From: Octopus sinensis
Lineage: Eukaryota
DNA: 64,000 nucleotides
Direction: 5' to 3'
NCBI RefSeq assembly: GCF_006345805.1
Contig: NC_043023.1
Coordinates: 4,774,001-4,838,000 of the forward strand
Below the pieces are notes generated by a model that saw nothing but the letters and a program-made list of their open reading frames with translations, did no database searches and was not told where the DNA came from. Shown one piece after another: positions 1 to 11,589 of this stretch. Made by a program: the position numbers and the translations under genes. Each line of letters starts with the position of its first letter. Position 1 is the stretch's first letter.

Positions 1-597
1 CAGGTGAGGGATGGAGTCTGGGTCAAGCCCTGAAGACATGCTGCACATCTCAGTGGAAAAGAGGAACGGAACAGTGATGACTGTTAATTCCAAAAATAAC
101 GTTTCTGTGGATGGAATGTCACATTATGTCTCAGATATTCACATAATTGTGACTTCATTGGACGACGAAAGTGGAGGAGGGGCAGAGAGCAAAGCTCCCT
201 CCCGGTGGAGATCACAGCATGTGAGGCATCCACCTGGGTGGATGGCAGATTTTGACAAAGAGTGAAGTGAGGGGGTGATCTTTGAGATCAGTGGGGCATG
301 TGAGGATGAGATGAACCAGAAGGAAAGGGCTGTGACATCAACAGACAAGGGGCCCCACTGTAACATGAAGTGGGAGAGAAGAAGTGAGGGAAGCAGGTCC
401 AGGGTCATGCTCTTTCAGCCTGGGGCAGTCGTGAAGAATGGATGCAAGTGGAGAGAGTTAGCAGGCATTGGTAGTAGCAGCTGCTAACATTAGGTGAGAC
501 AGGTAGGGCACGTGTTTGGACTTAACACTACTGGACAACCAATGAAAGGTAGGTAAACTGTAATTTATTCCCTACATTACAATTCCCTCGTACTACA
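1..597 (+). mobile_element. 3' end of a Gypsy-like LTR element: integrase C-terminal tail, purine tract, putative 3' LTR (about 299-597)
   Basis: ORF 11-265 ends ...VSVDGMSHYVSDI...RSQHVRHPPGWMADF, like Gypsy pol tails; G-rich tract then TGTG...ACTACA; LTR limits inferred. Confidence 0.5.
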
Positions 598-832
598 AAA
601 CAGAAATAATTATAGAGCTTGGAGAGAGGCATGATTACTTCATATACTCATGGTTTCAGATATGAGTTGCAAATGTTGGTGAAGACTGGGATTATTCTCC
701 CTTGCTTTGTATATAAGTGTTTGTGGATAAGGTTGATATCCAGGAAATGCTGATTAAGGTATCTGATTGGTGTTGCAGTGCGGGTAAAATATTTGATATT
801 GTTACTGTAACCTGTGATTATACAGACACACA

Positions 833-3168
833 TGTAGGATGACGTCAGCAGCTGGGGAGCTGACCGGAACTTGGGGCTGACTGGAAGAGGAAAGGGCAGG
901 AGTGACACGCGTGCAGGCAGGGGAGCATTGGGCCTTTTCGATCAGGGTAGCTGACAGAGCTGGACTTGTGAGCGCTTTGTCAAGAGAGGGGAAAAGCAGC
1001 TGCTATTTCTAGCGTTTGGGTCGGGCCACATGGAAGGGTGCGTTACCACTGGAGAGGTCTGCGTCGACGAAGAGAAGGTAGGTATCCTTATTTCAAATCT
1101 CCCGCATACACCACAAGCTATTTCGGCACTCCATATAAGACGTCACCACAATGGCCGATTGTCAGCGACGTTATCAGACCCTTGACTCTATATCTTGAGA
1201 TGAACGAAGAAGAACGTCTGAGCTAGGAGAAGATTGAGCAAAGTCTGAAAGACACTAACACCAAGTGTGATTGCACTGCCTTTGTTAAACTGGGCACGAT
1301 TAGATGGATGGGAGAACAGGTGGATGAGAACATGGCGGAAGTTCGAAGGTCAGTCACGCTGGCTTGGTTTACAGGAGAAGACCTGGAGAGAGCAGCGCGA
1401 CTGGTGTTCGTAAGTGGGTTCCCTGACGACATAGGGATGCGATTGCAACAATTGCCCGGGGGCAAAAATATGGCGCTGAGCGAACTTGTGACTCAAGTTC
1501 GCGAGATGACACGAAACATTGGACTGAAGGCGATAGCAATGGCGGTAACGGAGGCGCATAAAGATGGACGACGGCTGGAGAAAGACGCGAAGAAGCCTAC
1601 CATGCAACGACAGCGGCCATTCTCAAACCGGAGTTTTAGATGTCAGTGGTCACACATGGCGAGGGAGTGTACGCAACTGGGGCCCGTCTGCTATCGATAC
1701 AGGCAGACAGGGCACATCGCCCATGATTACGACCAGGGAAACGACTGTGGGGAAGTTGCTGCCTCTCAAGCTTTCCCTGCAAACAAGTAGAGGCGCTTTT
1801 GGAGACACTACCCTTAATTGATGTTGAGGCCGAGGGGAAGACGTTCAAGCCCCTCGTGGATACAGGTTGCACGACCACCCTTGTGACTTTAAGGGTGACG
1901 AAGAAATGGAATGGGTCTAGTAGCGTCCAAGCGGTCAACGGCCACGAAATCCGTTGCAAAGGCAGCAGCAAGGTAGAGATAGTGGTGCGAGGCGCGACGC
2001 TAAGGCTGCAGGTAATTGTGGCTGCATGCGTGATGGACGGGTTGATGTGGTGATGGGGATGGATGCCATCAACCACCTCGGTGGCATTAGTATTGTAGGA
2101 GATGAGCTCACGTTTGGAAGCGTGGGGGCACCAGAGAGAGCAGAGCCCCGCGAGGGACTGCGCCACTTACACCATTGAAGACAAAGATTTTCAAGCGGCG
2201 TTCGATGGTCAGCGGCGGACGATAGAGTGACGATGGAAGGACAAGCCCCTGATGCTAAAAAATAGAGTAAGCTGCTACCAGCATACCCTGAAAGGTCATG
2301 CCAGGGTCAAGTTTGAAGACGAGGTGGAGAGGTGGATCGAGGAAGGGGTTCTTGTCCCGTGGGAGGAGGAAGTAGTGGGCGGAGTGCTACCCCTGATGGC
2401 AGTGGTGCAGCCAACGGAGGGAAAAGTCTGGAAAAGTCTGGACTTCAGAGAGCTAAACGACCATATATCGTTCCACATGGGAGGCGAGGCAACGGACGTT
2501 TGTGGTGAGACGTTACATGCGTGGAGACAGTCGACCAAGGCAACGACGATTATCAACTTGAAATCAGCATACTTGCAACTCCATGTGAGCCACAAACTGT
2601 GGCGATATCAGCTGGTGCGGTACAAGGGTCAGGCATACTATTTAACTAGGCTGGGTTTCGGACTGAATTCCGCTCTGAAGATCATGGCGGCAGTGCTTAA
2701 GTCCATCCTAGGGAAAAAGGACAAGATTAGAAAGGCCACCAGTTCCTACATAGATGACATTTTGGTGGACGAAACTGTAGTGCCAGCCAATGAGGTAGTG
2801 AGACATCTGGAGAAGTTCGGACTGATTGCAAAGCCTCCGGAGTTGATGGAAGGGGGAGCTGCACTGGGAATGAAGCTGCGAAGTGATAGATCGGGTGAAT
2901 TGGTGTTCCAGAGAGGGAAATGAAATCCCAGAGCTGAGTTCCAACGTCAGCAGGAGAGAGCTGTTCTCGGTGTGTGGGAAGTTGGTCGGTCACTACCCGA
3001 TTGCTGGATGGCTGCGCACAGCGTGCAGTTACACCAAGAGACGAGCGGAGGGGAAGAGTTGGGGCAACAAGATGGTGATGATACAGGAAATCCTAGAGAG
3101 GACAAGAGCGGAAGACCCAGTCAGGGGTAACTGGTATGTGTCCAAGATGGGTATATCGATAGGGGTTG
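833..3168 (+). mobile_element. Degenerate Gypsy-like LTR retrotransposon: putative 5' LTR 833-1150, PBS-like TGG at 1152, gag, protease, RT, truncated at (TA)n
   Basis: Gag with decayed zinc knuckles (1308-1790); protease LVDTGCTTT (1799-2053); RT LDFRELN...LKSAYLQ...FGLNSA...YIDDILV (2252-2923); in-frame stops and frameshifts. Confidence 0.9.
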
Positions 3169-3704
3169 TGTTATATACATATATATATATATATATATAC
3201 ATACATATATGTACATACATATATATTTTTATATTTTTATGCATATATGGGTACAAGACGTCACAAAACGTAAACAACATGAAATATGAGAACAACATGA
3301 AATATGAAGACAAATTTGTGTGTGCAAACAACGAGAGAAACAATTGGAGAAGAAGACAAGTAACATAAAGAACGACCCTTCATCAGTTGTCAGCTGTCCA
3401 TCTACTCCTCATTTTGAGCATACTCCAAAGTGTCGCTGAAGAGGTCATAGATGTGTGACAAAATATTTCAGACAATGGACTGGAGATAAAATAAGAACAG
3501 TAATAAATGATTGGAGAACAAATATATTCCAGTGTGTGCGTTTATATGGCAAAAAGAAAGAAAAAGAGAAATGACCATCACGAAATACATTATTGGCTTC
3601 AACACACAATTTCACATCAGGAATCTTATGACACAAATTGATAAGCATATTTACATACACACACACACACACACACACATACAGCAGAATCACTACCGGA
3701 ACTA

Positions 3705-4505
3705 GAGAAGAAATTTTGGGTGTGGAAGCTAGGTTTAGAATCAAAAGGCCTTAGAGTAAATGTAGCAAAGACCAAAGTTATAGTAAGCAGGAAGGTGAAC
3801 TCATCACAGACCCACTCAGGTAAGTGGCCCTGCTTGATCTGTAGAAAAGGTGTAGGTAGAAATTCCATAAGATGTACCCAGTGTAAGCTATGGACACATA
3901 AGAGGTGCAGCACCATCAAAGGAAAATTAACCAAGAAGATAGCCTTCGTGTGCGGCAGGTGCACAGGGGCAATAGATACCATTGATACTCAGTAAACAGA
4001 TTCCATTACATTCCTAGGGGAGAATCTAGAAGTAGTTGATAGTCACTGCTACCTAGATGACCAAGTTAGTAGCAGGGGTGGATGCTCAGAGAGTGTTACC
4101 ACTAGAATAAGAATAGCCTGGGCAAAGTTTAGGAAGCTTCTTCCCCTACTGGCAACAAAGGGTCTCCCGCTCAGAGTGAAAGGTAGATTGTACGACGCAT
4201 GTGTGCGAACTGTCATGCTTCACGGCAGTGAAACATCGGCAGTGACAGCAGAGGATATGCGTAGACTCAAAAGAAATGAAGCTAGCATGATCCGCTGGAT
4301 GTGTAATGTCAGTGTCCATGCACGACAGAGTGTAAGCACCCCGAGAGAAATGTTGGGCATAAAAAGTATCAGATGCAGCGTGCAGGAGAGACATTTGCAT
4401 TGGTATGGTCATGTACTACGGATGGATGAGGAGAGATGTGTGAAGAAGTGCCACTCCCAAACTGTTCAAGGAATCTGGGGTATAGGTAGACCCAAGAAGA
4501 CATGG
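3705..4505 (+). mobile_element. RTE-clade LINE fragment (RT C-terminus with Cys/His finger insert)
   Basis: GLRVNVAKTKV...WPCLICRKGVGRNSIRCTQCKLWTHKRC...; KGRLYDACVRTVMLHGSET...LHWYGHVLRM; stops. Confidence 0.88.
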
Positions 4506-5120
4506 GATGAGTGGTTGGCATTAAGGAAGGGCATCCATCTGTAGAAACACTGCCAGATCAGACTGGAGCCTGGTGCAGCCTCTTGGCTTCCCAGACCCCG
4601 GTTGAACCGTCCAACCCATGCTAGCACGGAAAACAGACGTTAAACGATGATAATGATGATGATGATGATGATATATATGTATGTATCCATATATATGTAT
4701 GTATGTATGTATATGTATGCATGCATATATATATATATGTGTGTGTGCATACATATGTATATGTATATATATATATATATATGCATACATATATATGGAT
4801 ACATATTTTTATTTTAATATTTCTATTATATGTAATTTTCTAGATGGTGTAATTTAATTGTTCATTTTGAATTGATAAAAGGTGGGTTTTTTTCTAATTT
4901 ATATATATATACCCACATATACATACACATATACATATACATATATATATGTATATGCGTGCGTGTATGTATATATATATAGACACACACATATAACATT
5001 TTTCGCTAATTTTTGTGTGCTTTATTTTGATCAGAGATGTTTGTAATTTTTATTTTGTTTCTAAGGTTTATTTATTTATTTATTCATTGATATTGTTATT
5101 GATGTTGAATTTTATTTCAG

Positions 5121-5189
<69 letters not shown>

Positions 5190-5810
5190 CATTGTCTGAG
5201 GTTGTGTCTCAGTTTTATAAGTTTAACTATTTCTTGTGTTCAACTGAGGTCGTGTGTCTTATGGGTTTTGTATAGTTACACTGTTTGAATGTATTGTCTT
5301 GTAGTGTGTACAATGGTGATTGTGGATGCTGTTCACTGTATGTGTTGCAGTATCAATGCTTGTGGTAGTGTTGCTGAAAATATTGTACTATAACCTCTAC
5401 GGTGGTATTTATGTGTTGTTGAATTGAATTCTAAAAAAAAAAATTGATTTAGTTTCTTGGTGGAATTCCTCCCACTGGGATTTCTTTTTTCCATTTGTAA
5501 AAGTAGTTTTGATTTCTTTATTGATATGTGTTCTCTGATAATTATTTGTAGTTTGCTCTGAGGATATTTGGGTTGTTGCTTACCAAGTGGGAGTTAGGTA
5601 TGTAGAGTAGAAAGTACAGTCTAGGAAATAAGTGCTGAAGGTAACTTGGTAGTGTATGTGTATTGGCAGGAATTGCAGATGATGCAGAGGGAATTTAGTT
5701 GAGAAGCTGTTTATTGATGTGTTTTATTTTTATTAGTACTTTTCTGAAAACCCAGAAACGTTGAATATCTTCAGTTCTCCCCAGACGATGCTGTTTTACA
5801 GGAGTGTTAA

Positions 5811-5976
5811 CCTTTTAACATTGTTTTGAATTAATCGTATATTATCTTCTAGCTTTCAGATTTTGACGGGGTAGCTGTTGATTTTTAGAATGATGTGAGG
5901 GGCCGAATCTAGCCAGTTTGAACATAAAACTGGTAGAATATTTCGGCCAAATATGACCAGTTTAAATGCTAAAGTG
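5811..5976. mobile_element. piggyBac-type MITE with TTAA TSD
   Basis: TTAA CCTTTTAACATT ... AATGCTAAAGTG TTAA. Confidence 0.65.
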
Positions 5977-6300
5977 TTAAAGCACTGTAGTTGCAAAGTG
6001 CAACCTGATGAAATGATTGAGATGGTTAGTAGGGATATGCTCTTTTACTCTGTGTTTCAGTCACTGTGGCCATACTGGAGCACTGCTTTCAATTATTTCA
6101 TATAATAGATGATGTTAGTTTATCACCCAATAATGATGATCATCATCATCATTTAACGTCCACTTTCCATGCTAGCATGGGTTGGACAGTTCAACCAGGG
6201 TCTGGGAAGCCAGGAGGCTGCACCAGGCTCCAATCTGATTTGGCAGTGTTTCTACAGCTGGATGCCCTTCTTAATGCCAACCACTCTGTGAGTGTAGTAG

Positions 6301-6686
6301 GTGCTTTTTACGTGCCACCGGCACAGGTGCTAGGGGAGGCTGGCAACAGCCATGATTGGTTGGTGCTTTTTATGTGCCACTGGCCAGTCAAGCGGCACTG
6401 GCATCGACCACATTCAGATGGTGCTTTTTACGTGCCACCGGCACAGGTGCTAGGGGAGGCTGGCAACAGCCATGATTGGTTGGTGCTTTTTATGTGCCAC
6501 TGGCCAGTCAAGCGGCACTGGCATCGACCACATTCAGATGGTGCTTTTTACGTGCCACCGGCACAGGTGCTAGGGGAGGCTGGCAACAGCCATGATTGGT
6601 TGGTGCTTTTTATGTGCCACTGGCCAGTCAAGCGGCACTGGCATCGACCACATTCAGATGGTGCTTTTTATGTGCCACCGGCACAG
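6301..6686. repeat. Perfect 120-bp tandem repeat x3.2 inside an RTE 3'-UTR-type element (about 6140-6800, minus)
   Basis: Blocks starting 6301, 6421 and 6541 are identical; each consists of two related 60-mers. Confidence 0.95.
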
Positions 6687-7283
6687 GGATCACAACTTTA
6701 ATTTCCATTTGATTTTCATTTTGATGTTGATGTACTTGACTCAACGGGTCTCCTCAAGCACAGCAGGTCGCCCTACAATCCAAGGTAAGCACAGCAGGCC
6801 ATCTGAATTACCGAAATACTACAACTTTAACAAGAAATAACTCCCAAAATACAGAATTTTTTTCAACAATGCCAAGAGTAAAAGATGTTTTATATGACAC
6901 ATTCTACAAGTATACGATGTTTGAAAGTGTTTAGTTACAAAAAATTATTTTTTAAATCTGTCAGTCAAAAGGTAAAGATCCAAACACTGGTGCTGGTGTT
7001 GGTGTTGGTGTCGCTGGGGGTGGTGTTGGTGCCAGTCATATTCTTGTGCCTACATGTGCTGCCTGTGGTGCAGTCATTGTTGTTGCTGTTGTTGTTGCTG
7101 TTGGTGTTGCTGTTGGTGTTGCTGCTGTTGTTGTTGTTATTGTTGTTGTTGTTGTCACTGCTGCTGGCGCTGCCACCAGTGTTGTTGTTGTTGTTGATGG
7201 TGCTTTTGCTGTCAATGGTGGAGGATGTGGTGGTGGCGACGGTACTGCTATCGTCTCTACTGGTTCTTCTTCTTCTTCCTCTG

Positions 7284-7416
7284 TGTGGTTATAAATGAGA
7301 CACTTACAAAAATATCCCAAGGCCTCTTCCTCCTCTGATATTCATATTTAGATTGTACTTTATAATCTCTGAAGAGGCCTTGGGATATTTTTGTATGTGT
7401 CTCATTTATAACCACA
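7284..7416. repeat. Inverted repeat, 46-bp arms (7284-7329 / 7371-7416), 1 mismatch, 41-nt spacer
   Basis: TGTGGTTATAAATGAGACACTTACAAAAATATCCCAAGGCCTCTTC versus GAAGAGGCCTTGGGATATTTTTGTATGTGTCTCATTTATAACCACA. Confidence 0.95.
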
Positions 7417-7493
7417 TATTAACTTATCACACCTGGCTAATATGAGCATAATGAGATACCCATATCTACATGGCTGAAACAGCTGTAAGATGT
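7361..7493 (+). ncRNA. Type I hammerhead ribozyme motif (91-nt loop II)
   Basis: Helix I ATCT/AGAT (extendable with a bulge); CTGAAGA 7369-7375; helix II GGCC/GGCT with a G-U closing pair; GAAA 7475-7478; palindrome ACAGCTGT; predicted GUA cleavage after 7486. Confidence 0.65.
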
Positions 7494-7724
7494 AGTTTAT
7501 ATTTATTTATATTTATTTATACATTTTGTACTTATTGTATCATATTACTCATTGATGTGCATCGTTTTGTTCATATTTGACCTGATGTTCATATGTAGTG
7601 GGTTAATAAATTATGTGATTGGGTATTATCTGGTAGTTGATTATTGATTATGGTGTATTTCTCCATTTTCTTATTTTGTATATATATATATATAATACTC
7701 TACATTTGTATTGTTATTTATTGC

Positions 7725-8880
7725 CAAGGAGAAGCACCACTGATGCTTGAGAAGTACCTAACCAAAAATAAACCCCTGTACTTGGCTTTTGTTGACATGG
7801 AGAAAGCTGTCAACAGGGTGCCCCATTCCCTTATTTGGTGGTCAATACAGAAACTAGGGATAGATGAATGGTTGGTTAGAGCTGTACAAGCCATGTACAG
7901 GGATATTGTCAGTGAGGTGCAGGTTGGCAATGAGTATAGCAATAAATTCAGGGCACAAGTAGGGGTTCACCAAGGATCAGTTCTCAGCTCCCTCTTGTTC
8001 ATCATAGTCCTCCAGGCAATAACAGAGGAATTTAAGACATGCTGTCCCTGGGAAATACTCTATGCTGGTGACCTTGTTCTTATAGCTAAATCACTACCAG
8101 AACTAGAGAAAAAGTTTCAGGTATAGAAGCAAGGTCTAGCAAAAACCAAAGTCTTAGTAAGAAGGAAAGAGGACAAATTACAAATGCCTTCAGGTAGATG
8201 GCCCTGCTTGATATGTAGAAAAGGTGTAGAAAGAAACTCCATAAGGTGTACCCAGAGTAAACTATGGACACATAAGAGGTGCAGCAATATCAAAGGAAGG
8301 TTAACAGGGAAAATAGTTTTGTGTATGGCAGATGTACAGGTACAATAAAAACCAGAATTGTACAAAAAACAGACTCCATCAAATGCCAGGGGTATACTTA
8401 GAAGTAGTTGATAGCTTCCATTATTTAGGTGACCAAGACAGCAGCAGAGTTGGCTGCTCCAAGAGTGTAGCTACAAGAATAAGAACAGGCTAGACAAAGT
8501 TCAAGTAGTTTCTACCTCTGTTAACAGCCATGCTATATGGCAGTAATACATGGGCTATGACTGCAGAGGACATGTGAAGACTTGAAGGAAATGAGTCTAG
8601 TATGCTTCAATGGATGTGCAATGTCAGTGTGCATGCACCGTGGAATGTAAACCTCTTCAAAGAAAAACTGGGCATAAGAGGTATCAGATGTGGTATTTAA
8701 GAGAGAGACAACTGTGCTGGTATGGTCGTGGGAATCATATGGATGAGGACAGCAATGGAAACAAGTACTGATCTCTAACTGTGCAGAGAACCTGTGGAAG
8801 ATGGAGACTCAGGAAGACATGGGATGAGGTGATGCAGCATGGTCTTTGAATGCTGGGCATCTCGGAGACAATGACACATT
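7725..8880 (+). mobile_element. RTE-clade LINE RT fragment, degenerate
   Basis: FVDMEKAVNRVPH...GVHQGSVLSSLLF...ILYAGDLVL; same family as 3705-4505. Confidence 0.88.
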
Positions 8881-9562
8881 GCTAAAATTGCTAAGAAGGC
8901 TGAGGGTGTCTTAGCATCACTTACCAAGTCCTTTGTGAGCCACTCTCTGGCTATCTATCTGAGGCTTTATATAGCTATGGTGCGACCTCACCTGGAATTT
9001 GCATCACCGGTCTGGAACCCCTATCTGGCCCAGGATATTAAGCGTCTGGAAACCGTTCAGCAACATGCAACCAAGAGAATACCCTCCATCAGGCATTTGC
9101 CATGTTCTGAACACTTTACTTTGCTGGGCATGGATACATTGAAACTCCGAAATCTGGCAGCTGACTTGCCAGACACCCATAAAATTATTAACCATCTTAC
9201 CAACAATAACTCTGAGCACCTTTTCAAACTCCACCCGTCTAACACCCCTGGACATATTTACAAAGTCAGAAAAGAGCACAGCACCCATGACTTTCGGAAA
9301 CATTTCTTCATGCTAAGAGTTGCTGAAGCATGGAACAAACTGCCAGCATTAGTTGTCAGTTGTCAGAGCACTGCATCCTTCAAAACTTCTATGCTTCCTG
9401 AGATTCGCCAATACTACACCTGATTTTCTCCCCTCCATACATACGCAAGCATGTATCTGACTCATACACTGTTCACTTCCAAGACATTTGTACATTACTG
9501 CATATGCTTTATACACACTTTCTGACAAGTTGTGGTGCACCTGAGCACTATATACAATAATT

Positions 9563-9614
<52 letters not shown>

Positions 9615-9625
9615 CATTATTATTA
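8880..9625 (+). mobile_element. CR1-like LINE 3' fragment with 3' UTR and (ATT)n tail
   Basis: ORF 8935-9423 LYIAMVRPHLEFASPVWNPY...LETVQ...RVAEAWNKLP; (ATT)n at about 9565-9625. Confidence 0.88.
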
Positions 9626-10029
9626 AGTGATTGAGACCTTTGGTGATATGGTGTGCTTGAGAAGATTCATTAAGTCAAGTGAAATCATAGTCATGGATGA
9701 CACCAGTGTCACATGTCCAGCACACATGCTGGTGGCACATAAAAATCATCTACAGCACTCTTAGAGTGATTGGCATTAAGAAGGGCATCTGGCTGTAGAA
9801 ACCATGCCAGATCAGACTGGAACCTGGTGCAGTTCTCTGGTTTACCAGTTCCAGTTAAACCATCCAACCCATGCCAGCATGGAAAGCAGACGTTAAATGA
9901 TGATAATGATAATGATGACACACACATACATATATGTAGTGTAGACTTCTATTGTTTATAGGATCAACCAAAAAGGTATTCCATCTGTGTGTGTGTGTGT
10001 GTGTGTGCACGTGTACATACAAATATGCA

Positions 10030-10448
10030 TATATACTCTCTCTCTTTTACTCTTTTACTTGTTTCAGTCATTTGACTGCGGCCATGCTGGAGCACCGCCT
10101 TTTAGTCGAGCAAATCAACCCTGGGACTTATTCTTTGTAAGCCCAGTACTTATTCTATCGGTCTCTTTTGCCGAACCGCTAAGTAACGGGGACATAAACA
10201 CACCAGCATCGGTTGTCAAGCAATGCTAGGGGGACAAACACAGACACACAAACACACACACGCATATATATATATATATACATATATACGACGGGCTTCT
10301 TTCAGTTTCCATCTACCAAATCCACTCACAAGGCTTTGGTCAGCCCGGGGCTATAGCAGAAGACACTTGCCCAATTTGCCACGCAGTGGGACTGAACCCG
10401 GAACCATGTGGTTGGTAAGCAAGCTACTTACCACACAGCCACTCCTGC
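10030..10448 (-). mobile_element. tRNA-derived SINE, major family (about 20 copies in window: + at 22808, 23468, 26041, 28466, 34795, 38435, 39363, 45330, 46650; - at 10030, 31201, 32635, 47451, 47995, 49830, 51830, 54835, 60200, 63010)
   Basis: Shared head GGAGTGGCTGTGTGGTAAG...GGTTCAGTCCC (A/B-box like), central (TA)n(TG)n, tail GACTGAAACAAGTAAAAGAG. Confidence 0.9.
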
Positions 10449-11130
10449 ACCTATATATATGCAAATTCCTATTATGCAGCAACACAGACTCAGAGTCAGA
10501 AAGGGCTCTTTAGTGCTGCAAGTTCCATGGTAACCTCATTAATAATTGTGCCACAAACCAGCACCAAGTACACATTGTAAATTGGTTGGCGTCAGGAAGG
10601 ACACCAATCATAGGAACAATGTCAAATCAGACGGTGTATGTTGCAGTGCTCCAACTTGTTGGAACTTGTCAAATCATACCCATAAAGGCATTCATTAAAT
10701 GATGATCATCATCAGCATAATCAATGAACACACACACATGTAGATATAGATATATTTATGTTAATGCTCTAAATTTCTTAAAATTCTGCATAATTATTAT
10801 TGGATTTACTTGTCTTACATGAAGATTTACCTAGGATTTATATTCTACATACATTTACTACTGCTTGTTGGAAGGCTAAGGCTATAGTTCTTGCCTTATA
10901 GGGGCGTACATGTGTGTGCATGGGTGCATTGGTGTGTGCTTTAGTTAAACTCTTTGCCAAGCCCAACATCATTGGTAGAAGGTCAAGGCCAGAGACCTGT
11001 GGTTGCAGTCATGATAGGGCATGCATGTACAATAGGATGTACTTTCTTTCATGTGGGCAGGGATTAAACACCTCATTCCTGCTATTCAGATAAATATCCA
11101 GGCATTGGATGCTTTAAAATTGCTCTCTTC

Positions 11131-11511
11131 TCAGCAAGGCATAACCTGCACTTCTTGTTGCAATTGAAGTACAGTTTGCTTTTTTCCAAGATCATCCACT
11201 TTATAAGGCAAAAAGTTCTTGGATAGGGTTGTTGCATTACATCTTTCTGGAATGTTGAAGGAGGACTTGTGGTTGTTAAAGCAGGTTTTAAATGGGCCTT
11301 CCATTGCCCCTACATACTTCTGCATACTTGGTTGTCTATTTGGTCCTGTGGCTGTTACCTCTGCCTCATATACTACTGTTTCCATGTTGCAGTGGCCATT
11401 CAGTAGACAAGTTGTGTTATCCCTGCATGAGCATCCTGCCTCTGCCTCAAGGGTAGGCCTACCTACTAAAATCTTTTTAACACTAGGTACACAGCTAAAG
11501 GATAGTCTCAA
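11131..11511 (-). mobile_element. Penelope-like element fragment, GIY-YIG endonuclease region
   Basis: CLLNGHCNMETVVYEAEV...KYVGAMEGPFKTCFNNHKSSF...TTLSK, the PLE GIY-YIG signature. Confidence 0.8.
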
Positions 11512-11589
11512 GGTATGTCCATTAAATATTTTATTGAATCTATTAGTATGGGGGAAGTGCTATTAACTAAACTAATGAAGATCTTACCT

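Noticed and set aside
6066-6701. 211-aa ORF with three 40-aa repeats; possible CRISPR-like array
   Set aside because: Translation of a 120-bp tandem repeat with no unique spacers, in a eukaryotic context.
7036-7320. Thr/Ala-rich mucin-like or poly-Leu ORFs
   Set aside because: Degenerate (GTT/GCT)n microsatellite with no splice or homology support.
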